Assembly: GCF_963921235.1 (NCBI RefSeq)
Contig: NC_086097.1
Location: 1,302,001-1,366,000 of the forward strand
Direction of reading: 5' to 3'
Origin: Mobula hypostoma
Lineage: Eukaryota
DNA: 64,000 nt
Part shown: piece after piece, positions 51,827 to 64,000 of the stretch
Layout of the letters: each line of letters begins with the position of its first letter
Position numbering within the stretch: the stretch's first letter is position 1
Notes under the pieces: model-generated
Seen by the model: only the letters and a program-made list of their open reading frames with translations
Database searches by the model: none
Told to the model about the DNA's origin: nothing
Made by a program: the position numbers and the translations under genes

Positions 51827-52620
51827 AGGAGTTGGTGAAGAATGTGCAGAAAAGGAAGCTGGAATATGCCGGGCACTTGTTAACATAGAACATAGAGTTA
51901 GTACAGCACAGAACAGGTCCTTCGGCCCACAATGTTGTGCCGACCCTCAAACCCTGCCTCCCATATAAGCCCCCACCTTAGATTCCTCCATATACCTGTC
52001 TAGTAGTCTCTTAAACTTCACTAGTGTATCTGCCTCCACCACTGACTCAGGCAGTGCATTCCACACACCAACCACTCTCTGAGTAAAAAACCTTCCTCTA
52101 ATATCCCCCTTGAACTTCCCACCCCTCACCTTAAAGCCATGTCCTCTTGTATTGAGCAGTGGTGCCCTGGGGAAGAGGCGCTGACTATCCACTCTATCTA
52201 TTCCTCTTATCATCTTGTACACCTCTATCATGTCTCCTCTCATTCTCCTTCTCTCCAAAGAGTAAAGCCCTAGCTCCCTTAATCTCTGATCATAATGCAT
52301 ACTTTCTAAACCAGGCAGCATCCTGGTAAATCTCCTCTGTACCCTTTCCAATGCTTCCACATCCTTCCTATAGTGAGGTGACCAGAACTGGACACAGTAC
52401 TCCAAGTACTTAAGATGTGGTGGGCCGCAGAAATTGTTATTGGAAGGGATGACAGAAGGAAAGAGGGAAAGAGGAAGGCAGCGAACCACTTGGTACGATA
52501 ATGTGAGGCAATGGACTGGGCTGAGATACGCTGAGGCCAGGAAAATAGCGCGAGATCGAAGAAGACGGAGGTGCACAGCCGCCAACTCCGGATTGGGGAC
52601 GGCACCCACTGACTGACTGA
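51827..52620 (+). mobile_element. RTE-clade LINE 3' fragment with (CTGA)n tail, split by a young CR1
   Basis: Rejoined frame reads VQKRKLEYAGHLLRCGGPQKLLLEGMTEGKRERGRQRTTWYDNVRQWTG; 11-bp TSD. Confidence 0.8.
51884..52409 (-). mobile_element. Young CR1 3' fragment nested in RTE
   Basis: Nearly identical to 42984-43505; TTAA at both junctions. Confidence 0.92.
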
Positions 52621-53401
52621 CTGACTACAAATTAAACTTTAGAGAAACCTGCACTCCCAAGTCCCTTTGCATATCCGATTTCTGAATTATCTCAACATTT
52701 TAAAAAATGTCTTTATTCCTTCTACCAAAGTGTATGACCATACTCTTCCTACACTATATTCCAACTGGCACCTCTTTGCTTATTCTCCCAATCTGTCCAA
52801 GTCCTTCTGCAGGCTCCCTGCTTCCTCAACACCATCTCCCTTCTCCCTATGTTTGTATCAGCTGCAAATTTAGCCACAAAACTAAAATTCTGTCATCTAG
52901 ATCATTTAAATATAATGTGAAAAGTTGCAGATCCTAATTGAACATCACTAATTCCTGGCAGCCAATCAAAAAAAGCCCCCTTTATTCACACTCTCTGTCT
53001 TCTGCCAGTCAGCCAATCTTCTAGCCATACAAGCAACTTTTCTGTAATACCATGGGCTCCTATCTCAAGTATGGCACCTTCTCAAAGGCCTTCTGGAAAT
53101 CCAAGTAAACAACATCCACTGATCTCTTTTACCTGTTATTTCCTCAAATAATTGCAACAGATTTATTAGGCAAGATCTCCTCTTAAGGAAACGATGGCAA
53201 TTTCACCCCTGTTTTATTGTGTGCTTCCAAGTACCATGAAATCTCATCCTTAATAACGGACTCCAACATCTTCCATTCCACTGAAGTCAGGCAAACTGGC
53301 CGATCATTTCCGTTCCTCTGCCTCCCTCCCTTCTTAAAGAGTGGAATGACATTTGTGATTTTCCAGTCCTCTGGAACTATTCCAGAATCTAGTGATTCTT
53401 G

Positions 53402-54950
53402 AAAGGAACACTAGAACAAATGAGGTGCTTATGGAGTACAGGAAATGCAAGAGAACACTTAAAAAAGAAATCAAGAGGGCTAAAAGAAAGCACAAAGTTG
53501 TCCCAGCAGACAAGGTGAAGGAGAATCCTAAGAGATTCTACAGATATGTTAAGAGCAAAAAGATTGCAAGGGACAAAATTGGTCTTCTGGAAGACCAGAG
53601 TGGTAATCTATGTGGAGAAAAAAAAAAGATGTGAAAGAAATGGCATTCTTTGGAGAGACGAATACAGAGTTCATAGAAGTGAGGCAAAGTGGCATCAACT
53701 TCATGGACCCTGTTACAGATTACAGAGAAGGAGGTGTTTGCTACCCTGAGGTAACTCAGTGTGGATAAATCCCCAGGGCCTGACATGGTGCTCCCTCCGA
53801 CCCTACGGGAGGCAAATGAAGAAATTGCCGGAGTCCTGGCAGAGACATTTAAAACATCCTCAGTGAAGAGAGAGATACCAGAGAATGTTGTTCCGCTGTT
53901 TAAAAAAAGGCCCTAAACGTAAACCAGGAAATTATATGCCAGTGAGTGTGACATCAGTTGTGGGAAAGTTATTGAAAGGTAATCTAAGGGATCAGATATA
54001 GACGTGGACTGATTAAGGATAGACAGCATGGCTTGTGTGTAGTAGGTTATACCTAACTAATCTGATAGACTTTTTCGAGGAAGCTACCAGGAAAGTGGAT
54101 GAAGGTAAGGCAGTGGAAGTTGTCTACAGGAACTTTCCTAAGGCACTTTACAAGGTCCCGCATGGGAAGCTGGTCAAGAAGGTTCAGTCACTCAGCATTC
54201 CAGGATGAGGTAGTAAATTGGATTAGACATTGGCTTTGTGGGAGAACCCTGAGAGTGGTAATAAATGGTTGCCTCTCTAGTGGAAGCCTGTGACTAGTGA
54301 TGTGCTGCAGGGATCAGTTCTGGGTCCTTTGTTACTTGTCATCTATATCAGTGATCTGGATGATAATGTGGTTAATGGATCAGCAAATTTGTGGATGACA
54401 CCAAGACTGGAGGTGGACAGTGAGGAAGGCTATCATGGCTTGCAGATGGTATTTAATACAGACAAGTACGAGGTTTTGCACTTTGGTAGAACCAGCAGGG
54501 TAGGTCTTACACAGTGAATGGTCGGGCACTGAGGAGTGTGGTGGAACAAAGGGTTCTGGTAATACAGGTACATAATTCATTGAAAGTGGCATCACAGGTA
54601 GATAGGGTTACAAAGAAAACTTTTGGTACATTGGCCTTCATAAATCAATGTATTGAGTACAGAAGATGGGATATTATGTTGAAGTTGTACAAGATGTTGG
54701 TGAGGCTAAATTTGAGGTATTCTGTGCAGTTTCGGTCACCTATCTACAGGAAAGATGTAAACAAGGTTGAAAGAGGGCAGAGAAAATTTACAAGGATGTT
54801 GCCGGGTCAGGAGAACCTGAGTTCTAAAGAAACATTGAATCAGTTAGGACTGTATTAGAACGTAAAAGATTGAGAGGAGATTTGATAAGGGTTATATAAA
54901 ATTATGAGGGGTATAGATCGGGGAAATGCAAACAGGCTTTTTCCACTGAG
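53402..54950 (+). mobile_element. Old CR1 ORF2 fragment
   Basis: [25 protein letters not shown]. Confidence 0.8.
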
Positions 54951-57900
54951 GCTCCTCTGGAATCTCTCCAATGACAACACATCCTTTCTGAAATACAGGG
55001 CCCAAAACTGTTGGCAATACAGCAAGTGCAGCCTGACTAGTGTCTTATAAAAACTCAGCATTATCTCCTTGTTTTTATATTCTATTCCCCTTGAAATAAA
55101 TGCCAACATTGCATTTGCCTTCTTTACCGCAGACTCAACCTGTAACTTCACCTTCTGGGAGTCTTGCACAAGGACTCCTAAGTCCCTTTGCATAAGACCA
55201 TAAGATTTAGGAGCAGAAGTAGGCCATTCGGCCCATTGAGTCTGCTCTGCCATTCAATCATGGCTGATCCAATTCTTCCAGTCATCCCCACTCCCCTGCT
55301 TTCACCCCATACCCTTTGATGCCCTGGCTAATCAAAAACCTACCTATCTCTGCCTTAAATACACCCAATGACTTGGCCTCCACAGTCACTCGTGGTAACA
55401 AATTCCACAGAGTTACCACCCTCTGACTAAAGTAATTTCTCTGCATCTCAGTTCTAAATGGACATCCTTCAATCCTGAGGTCGTGCCCTCTTGTCCTAGA
55501 ATCCCCTACCATGGGAAATAACTTTGCCAGATCTAATCTGTTCAGGCCTTGTAACATTTGGAATGTTTCTATGAGATCCCCCATCATTCTCCTGAACTCC
55601 AGGGAATACAGCCCAAGAGCTGCCAGATGTTCTTCATACAATAACCCTTTCATTCCTGGAATCATTCTCGTGAATCTTCTCTGACCCCTCTCCAATGTCA
55701 GTATATCCTTTCTAAAATAAGGAGCCCAAAACTGCACACAGTACTCCAAGTGTGGTCTCATGAGTGTCTTATAGAGCCTCAACATCACATCCCTGCTCTT
55801 ATATTCTATACCTCTAGAAATGAATGCCAACATTACATTTGCCTTCTTCACAACTGACTGAACTTGGAGGTTAACCTTCAAGGTATCCTGCACACGGACA
55901 CGCAAGTCCCTTTGCATCTCTGCATTCTGAATTCTCTCCCCATCTAAATAATAGTCTGCCTGTTTAGTTCTTTCACCAAATTGCATGACCACACACTTTC
56001 CAACATTATATTTCATTTGCCATTTCTTTCCCATTCCCCTAAACTATTTAAGTCTCTCTGCAGGCTTTCTGTTTCCCCAACACCACCCACTCCTTCACCT
56101 GTCTTTGTATTATCAGCAAATTTAGCCACAAATTGATTAATACCGTGGTGCAAATACTGACCCCTGTGGAACTCCTCTGGTAACCAGCAGCCAGTCAGAA
56201 TAGGATCCCTTTATTCCCACTCTCTGTTTTCTGCCAACCAGCCAATGCTCCACCCACACTAGTAACTTCCCTGCAATTCCATGGGATCTTATCTTGCTGA
56301 GCAGCTTCATGTGCGGCACCTTGTCAAAGGCCTTCTGAAAATCCAAGTACACCACATCTACTGCATCTCCTTTGACTACCTTTCTTGTAATTTCCTCAAA
56401 GAATTGCAGTAGGTCTGTCAGGCAGGATTTTCCTTTCAAGAAACCATACTGGCTTTGGCCTATCTTCCCATTTGCCTCCAGGTATTCCGTAATCTCATCC
56501 TTAACAATTGATTCCAACTTCTTCCCAACCACTGATGTCAGGCTAACAGGTCTATAATTTCCTTTCTGCTGCCTCCCACCCTTCTTAAATAGCGGAGTTA
56601 CATTTGACCAATGCATCTGTTATCTCTTCAGCAACCTCTCTCAGGACTCTGGGATGCAGTCCATCTGGTCCAGATGACCAGATCCACCTTAAGACCTTTG
56701 AATTTGCTGAGCACTTTTTCCTTTGTAATAGCAATGGCTCTCACTCCTGCTCCCTGACACTCACAGACCTCTGGCGCACTGCCAGTGTCTTCCACAGTGA
56801 AGACAGATGCAAAGTACCCTTTAAGTTCATCTGCCATTTCTTTGTCCACCATTACTACCTCACCAGCATCATTTTCCAGTGGTCTAATATCAACTTTCAT
56901 CCCCCTATTATTCTTTAGATAACTGAAAAATCTTTTGCTATCTTGTTAAATATTATGGCTAGTATGCCCTCATATTTCATCTTTTCCCTTAGATCTTTTC
57001 TTAGTTACCTTTTGTTGGATTTTAAAAACATAGAAAACCTACAGCACAATACAGGCCTTTCGGCCCACAAAGCTGTGCCGAACATGTCCTTACCTTAGAA
57101 CTACCTAGGCTGACCCATAGCCCTCTATTTTTCTAAGCTCCATGTACCCATCCAGGAGTCTCTTAAAAGATGCTATCGTTTCCGTCTCCACCATCGCCGC
57201 TGGCAGCCCATTCCACGCACTCACCACTCTCTGCGTAAAAAAAAATTACCCCTGATATCTCCTCTGTACCTACTTCCAAGCACCTTAAAACTATGCCCTC
57301 TTGTGCGAGCCATTTCAGCCAGGGAAAAAGCCTCTGACTATCCACATGATCAATGCCTCTCATCATCTTATATACCTCTATCAGGTCACCCCTCATCCTC
57401 TGTCGCTCCAAGGAGAAAAGGCCGAGTTTACTCAACCTATTCTCATAAGGCATGCTCCCCAATCCAGGCAACATCCTTGTAAATCTCCTCTGCACCCTTT
57501 CTATGGGTTCCACCGTCCCTCCTGTAGTGAGGTGACCAGAATTGAGCATAGTACTCCACGTGCGGTCTGACTAGGGTTCTATATAGCTGCAATATTAGGG
57601 TCCTAACCTCTCAGCTCTTAAAATCAATCCCACTGTTGATGAGGGCCAATGCACCATATGCCTTCTTAACCACAGTCAACCTGCATAGCAGCTTTGAGTG
57701 TCCTATGGACTCAGACCCCAAGATCCCTCTAATCCTCCACACTGCCAAGAGCCTTACCATTAATGCTATATTCTGCCATTATATTTGACCTACCAAAAAT
57801 GAACCATCTCACACTTATCTGGGTTGAACTCCATCTGCTACTTCTCAGCCCAGTTCTGCATCCTATCAATATTCCACTGTAACCTCTGACAGCCCTCCAC

Positions 57901-59030
57901 ACTATCCACAACACCCCCAACCTTTCTGTTACCAGCAAATTTACTAACCCATCCCTCCACTTCCTCATCCAGGTCATTTATAAAAATCACGAAGAGTAAG
58001 GGTCCCAGAACAGATCCCTGAGGCACACCACTGGTCACCGACCTCCATGCAGAACATGACCCGTCTACAACCACTCTTTGCCTTCTGTGGGCAAACCAGT
58101 TCTGGATCCACAAAGCAATGTCCCCTTGGATCCCATGCCTCCTTACTTTCTCAATAAGCCTTGCTGAAATCCATATACTTAAACTTCCCAATCATCCAAC
58201 TTGCCACTCACTTTTGCTACCTTACATGCCCTTTTTTGGCTTTTATACAGTCCTTAACTTCCCTTGTCAGCCATGGTTGCTCATCCCTGCCATTTGAGAA
58301 ATTCTTCTCTGTTGGACAAATTTACCCTGCGCCTTGTGAACTACTCCCAGAAACTTCAGCCATCTCTGCTCTGCCACAGTACCGTCCTCCAATCCACCTG
58401 CCTCTGTATTTCGCTTCTTTCCATTGCAATACTGATACGTGTGACTTGTGCTTCTCCCTCACAAATCGCAGTATGAATTCAATCATATTATGATCACTGC
58501 TTCCTAAGGGTTCCTTTACCTTAAGCTCCCTAATAAGATCTGGGTTATTACACAACACCCAATCTAAAATAGCCTTTCCCACAGTAGGATCAAGCACAAG
58601 CTGCTCTAAAATGGCATCTTGTGGGCATCCAACAAATTCCCACTCTTGTGATCCATCTTCTTTTTTCAAATGCTATGTGCCTTCCAAATGTCCAACTTCA
58701 GTCCTTCATTCTTCGCCCATTTGAATCTTGCCTCAGTAGTTCAATTTAACCCTTTGCTCTGTTCTCCCTTCCCTCTCCTGAGTCACCCATTATCTGCCTC
58801 CTGTAGCCTTGAGGTGACGACCTCCCTGTAGCTCCTGTCTATCATGCCTTACTTTCCCTAACAAGCCAAAGGTCGTCGAGCTGCAGCTCCAGTTCCCTAA
58901 CTCGGTCTCTAAGGAGCTGCATCTCGATGCATAGGGTGCAGATGTTGCCATCAGGGATGCTTGGCATCTCCTGGAAAACCCATATCAGAATACTGGCACT
59001 GTAGACATACCCTCTGTTCTCTCAGGATTA
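54951..59030 (-). mobile_element. Stack of CR1 copies: 54951-55190; host 55191-57025 plus 58181-59030; nested 57026-58180
   Basis: RT ORFs at 55282-56900 and 57163-58191; APE piece at 58322-58669; ORF1 remnant at ~58800-59000. Confidence 0.82.
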
Positions 59031-59687
59031 AAATAAGAAATGAGGAATGAACCCAGGCTCCGAAATCTGAATCTGTGTAATGCAGTTATAATTATATTGG
59101 ATCAATAGGCCTGCCATCTGGCAGGTGGTGAGAACCGCGTAGAGCTCATGTTAAAACACTAAGACAGGAAGCCTACTTCAATTCATCAGGGGATAAACTT
59201 TAAGTACAGCAGTGGCATTTAATGTATTGATTTTAGTTAATTATCAACTGAACATGAAACACTTCTCCATAGAGACTGGGCATCTGCTGGTGCTTACACA
59301 TTTCAAACCAGCCGCAGGAGGGGGCAGTGCTTGCAACACCACATGGTAACAATGAGAAACCAAGGACAACAGGTCTGTCCATGCTCCACAACACAACTTC
59401 TTTCTATACTCCAGTCAGTGACAGCAGCTAATTTTGTTCTCAACAAATCAAAAACATTATTTGTGACCGAATCAGCTCAGCTGCCCTATGCCAACCTTTA
59501 TGTCCAATGTGAGCCTTCACCTTTCATATCACATGAGCACATTCTCCAATTCCTTTCTCTACCACATCCTAATCCAGCTTCCCTTAAAAGCATTCATCAA
59601 GGCAGACTCAGAGTAATATGGCCTGGAAGCAGACAATTAAATCAAATCTATCCATGCTGACCACTAAACTAGTCACATTTGCCTGTA

Positions 59688-59917
59688 GGAACACTCACAA
59701 TGCGCTGGAGGAACTCAGCAGGTCAGTCAGCATCAGTTGAAAAGATTAGTCGACGTTTCGGGCCGAAACCCTTCGTCAGGACTGAAGGAAGAACTTTGGG
59801 GAGGGTTTGAAGAATGCTGGTAGTTGAAAAAGACAGTAATTTGAAAGACAAAGGGGTGGGGGAGGGGAAGCAGGGAGGTGATTGGCAGGAGAACAGCATC
59901 TGCAGATTATTTTGTGT
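59688..59917 (-). mobile_element. 230-bp PLE-derived hammerhead insertion with 15-bp TSD and short inverted tail
   Basis: TCACATTTGCCTGTA at 59673-59687 and 59918-59932; inverted cagcatctgcagattattttgtgtt at the right end. Confidence 0.85.
59748..59783 (-). ncRNA. Minimal type I hammerhead ribozyme, intact core
   Basis: Reverse complement is AGTC-CTGACGA-A-GGGT-TTCG-GCCC-GAAAC-GTC-GACT; stem II is closed by a UUCG loop. Confidence 0.8.
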
Positions 59918-62900
59918 TCACATTTGCCTGTATTTGACCCACATCTCTCTAAATCATGGGTTCCCAACCAGGACTCCATGACATAAAATAGGTTAGGAAT
60001 CTTTCCTGTCCATGTTCTTATCTAAATGTCAATTAAATGCTACTTTGTACCTGCCTCATCTACTTTCTCTGACATCTTACTATGCAAATTCTCTGCCTTT
60101 AAATCTCCATCCACACCTTAAACCTGTGCCCACTGGTTCTTGATTCCTTTTCCCTGGCAAAAAGTGTGTGTGTCTTCACCCTATCTGTATCCCTCATGAC
60201 TCATGTTACTAGTCTAAACTAATCCTTGAGTAAAGCTCATACTTTATAGCTGGAATAAATGGACATAGGGAAGAGTAGAAGTGGCGTAGAAACACCTTGG
60301 GTTTTCCTTTGTCTGGGTCAAGGGTCATAATCTCAGAACTGGGGATCAGCCATTCACCACAGGGTGGTAAATCTTAGGAATTCTTTACCCTGGAGGATTT
60401 TCGAGACTAAACAGCCAGGTACAGTTGAGACAGAAATCGATGGACTTTTAGAAATTAAGGCAATCACTGGCATAGGGCTGGTGCAGTAAAGATCTGCCAT
60501 GATTTTAGGAGAATGGCAGAGCAAACACAATGAGCGGAATAGACTATTCCAGATGCCTCTTGTTATGGAAAAGAATCTGAAGGTTGATAACTTTGTCCTA
60601 CAACAGAGTTTGATTGTGGAGGAGATAGCAAGGGCTCTGTGCACAATATGTCAAATACAAGTAAGAGACAAACCAATAAGATTGAATTAAGTCAGTCTAA
60701 CGTTTGTTGTGGGAAAGCTGGTAACAAACTAAGACAGCATCAATGATCGGGTGGATCTCACTGGATTTTTAAGATTCCTTAACAACATACTATCGAAGTA
60801 AAAGGAATGTAGATAAGCACACAGGGAAAAAGCAAAGCACAGATGTACTGAAAGAACAAAAGGCTAACACTGAAATCTTTAAAACCAATTGGTCAGTTTC
60901 TCTAGCAGGCACTTAACGATGGAAATGTTTCTAAGTTATCACCTCCATGTTACAAACAAAGGGATTTACCCTGAAAGTATTGTTTATTATTTACAGCCCT
61001 TGTTTTGGGATCTTTAATAGATGAAATATTCTCTCGACATTTACTTTATCAAAGTCATTCATGTTTTAAAAGACCTATCAGAGCATCTCTCAGCATTTCC
61101 CAGTACACATCTGTTTGATTCGTTATAAATATCTGTAACAATTTACGTCTTTACTTCATGCTGTCAGGGGTGGAACTGACACTGAGCAATGTGCATCAGA
61201 TTATTGGTGAGTGGAGTCACATGAGCTCCATGGATGCATTCTCCTCTCAGTTACGTTTGTAAGGAAGTTAATAAGGCAATAAACGGATGGATAAGATCTC
61301 ACTTATTCTTTGACTAGGACATGCCCAGACAATTTTCACACTATTCAGCCAACACCAGTGTTATTACTGCATTGGAACAGCTCGATTCACATGACATTCC
61401 TATTTTAGCATTGACTTTAGTTAATGCACTATTACCAATTCATTGCTGATTTTATATTTGCCAGAACATCCAAATATCCTTTGCATTTTTTAGTAACTTG
61501 CCAATCTTAAGTACAAAGATGCTTACAGCCTGGGGTGGCTGCAGACTTCTGGAATTGGCTGCGGCAGATAGTTGGTTGTCCAAAGGCTCACAGATCAGAT
61601 GGACTCCTTGAAACCTGCTCCATGCAAATACTGAAGAGAAACAGATTCCGAAAGTCCAATTTCAAATGCAAATACTTCAGTTTCTATAGACAAATTCTGC
61701 CAAAGCATTCCAATATTATCATTAAAGATTAAGAAATTACAAAAGGACAATATAATTATCTTTACTGGTGTGTTAATAAATAAAACTGCTGTCAAACTAA
61801 TGGTATAGATGAACTGGCTATGTCTGTGAAGTGAAGTTTATGTACACATAAACCAGCCAAAGAAGTGCACATGCTTTTCCTCACTTTCCCATCAGCAGGA
61901 ACTCTGGGGACAGTTCTGAGTCTCAGACCCAGGCATCAGGAGTCCTTAAACAGTGGAACAATCGTACAACCTCACATCCTAACAGCTACCTCCTGTTGGG
62001 TCTGTGGAAGGGACAAGGTTCCCACATTGGCCTGATCAGCCACATCAGAACCCAGAGAAAGGGAAACCAAGCTGCCCATCCTCGGCCTCCAAGGATTGCC
62101 TGAGGAGACTTACTGATTGAAGGAAATTGACTCTTCTATTACTACAACCACTGAACTGTTTTGTTTGTTTTTCAAAGAACACATTTTAAAAAATAAAGCA
62201 CGTAACAGCTCTTAAACAGAAATATGAATTACACAACATTTAAGCTAATTTACCTGATGAGGTGGTATCTTCTGCAGCTCTAGGCTAGCATGAGAAAATA
62301 AAGAAGTGGACTATTGTGGGTATGAATGGATGGGTATAATCACAAAGCAAAAGCTGGTCAGGCCCTAGATATACAAGCATCAGCTTGCATCTTTGCTCCC
62401 CAAACTATTGACAATCTGAGCATCTGCTGTTAATAGGAGTAGTGTGCCCTTGTCTTCTATACTGTTACCACCATGTGTCCCCAATGGATGGCTACATTTC
62501 CATTCCCATTCTCACTGGATAGGTACTTCTGAACACAGGAGCACAGAGAATATACCACTGACTTCCAACACATACACCACTGGTTACCTACTAAGATTTT
62601 AAAATACACTTTGATCAGTTACAATAATGATTTTTTAGAAGCCCAAACAGACAGAGTACGTACTGGGTAATGAGTCAGCACCATCTTGTTCAGGAGAGTT
62701 GAAACTGCATAATAGGAACCCGTGTTAATTCCTGTTAATTAAAACAAAATAGTTAAAGACACTCTCTACACCCATTACTCAGTTAGCTCTACCATACCTC
62801 GGACAGAAGTCATGCTAATGGAGGTGCTCAAGCTCAAAATTCATTTAAATACTAGGGCACACAATGTGAAATTAAAGAAATTGAACAAATTGTGTATTTG

Positions 62901-63201
62901 GGTAATAAAGACAGAAGCTAGGAATAATCAAGGCGCAGAAAAGATTCACAAGGATATGGCCAAGACTGGCAGGCTTGAGTTATGAGAAAACACTGGAGAG
63001 GTGGAAACTGTTTCTCACTGGGGTGAATGAGGCTGGCCGGTGTGCTTACAGTGGGTTAGAAGATCATAAGGCACAGTGATAGGGTACTGCGGAGTCTAAA
63101 GCAAGAGGGCATAGGCTTAGACCATGTGACACAGGAGAAGAATTAGGCCATTTAGCACTCAAGAACTGCAATGGTGCATTCCCATTCTTGGAGCTTGCCG
63201 A

Positions 63202-63568
63202 TTAGTCATAGTCATAGTCATACTTTATTGATCCCGGGGGAAATTGGCTTTCATTACAGATGCACCATAAATAATAAATAGTAATAAAACCATAAACAGT
63301 TAAACAGTAATATGTAAATTATGCCAGGAAATAAGTCCAGGACCAGCCTATTGGCTCAGGGTGTCTGACCCTCCAAGGGAGGAGTTGTAAAGTTTGATGG
63401 CCATAGGCAGAAATGACTTCCTATGACGCTCTGTGTTGCATCTCGGTGGAATGAGTCTCTGGCTGAATGTACTCTTGTGCCCATCCAGTACATTATGTAG
63501 TGGATGGGAGACATTGTCCAAGATGGCATGCAACTTGGACAGCATCCTCTTTTCAGACACCACCGTCA
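63202..63568 (-). mobile_element. Rex1-like LINE 3' end with (ATGACT)n tail
   Basis: ILDNVSHPLH..RKSFLPMAIKLYN; agtcatagtcatagtcat. Confidence 0.8.
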
Positions 63569-64000
63569 GGTTAGAAAGTTAAATATGTGGCTCAAGGATT
63601 GGTGTGGGAGAAGTGGGTTTGAATTCATGGGAAATTTGCACTAGTACTGGGGAAGGAGGGAGCTGTACCAATGGGACGGGCTCCACCTGAACTGATGGGA
63701 CCTGGATCCTAGTGAATCGAATAACTAGGGCTTTAAACTAAATAGTAGGAGGGTGGGTTCAACAGATTGGCGAAGTATGGATAAAGTAAAAGAGAAAAGT
63801 GTGGATAAAGGTAAAGAAAAAGCAAAGGACAAAAAAGAGAAAAGTAAGAGTGGAGTAATGAAAAGTGAAGTGCAAAAGAGAAAAAGATTACAAGATTTTA
63901 AAAGCACAATGAGTGTAAGGGCACCTTATCAGAATGCCTGTAGTCAGTGAACTTGTGGCACAAATCAATACATTAGTGATCTTGTAATTTGGGATTCTCT
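63569..64000 (+). mobile_element. Degraded CR1 ORF1/ORF2 junction
   Basis: ..WLKDWCGRSGFEFMG..WDGLHLN followed by LYQNACS. Confidence 0.65.

Larger units (their letters stand above)
51160..53400 (-). mobile_element. Old CR1 interrupted by RTE (51827-52620)
   Basis: The CR1 resumes after the CTGACTACAAA duplication at 51816-51826 / 52621-52631. Confidence 0.8.

Noticed and set aside
51947..52609. 220-aa ORF as a novel gene
   Set aside because: Chimera of antisense RTE and the CR1 C-terminus created by nesting.
1495..59030. RT ORFs as retron, DGR or group II intron systems
   Set aside because: Motifs, APE domains, 5' truncation and 3' tails identify them as vertebrate LINEs.
61527..61630. 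104-nt exon-like segment with strong splice sites
   Set aside because: The only open frame (FAWSRFQGVHLICEP..) shows no FLVCR or other recognisable similarity.

Overview
Vertebrate genomic DNA, probably from an elasmobranch (ray or shark; inferred from the repeat families). Roughly two-thirds or more is nested, decayed retrotransposon: many CR1 LINEs, Rex1/Babar, L1, RTE, a Gypsy LTR remnant, Penelope-like elements (PLEs) and hAT-type MITEs. Nearly all ORFs in the supplied track are TE fragments or their antisense shadows. One host exon is recognisable: a 104-nt minus-strand exon (45535-45638) of an FLVCR-family MFS transporter (FLVCR2/FLVCR1), so most of the window is probably intronic. The most interesting signal is a dispersed family of 100-230 bp PLE-derived repeats carrying minimal type I hammerhead ribozymes (AGTC-CTGACGA-stem II-GAAAC-GTC-GACT). 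Three copies have intact cores and perfect 14-15 bp target-site duplications (TSDs), and a GIY-YIG-encoding PLE remnant with the same terminal repeat lies in the window. Several nested insertions are resolved by TSDs. Boundaries of old TE fragments are approximate.
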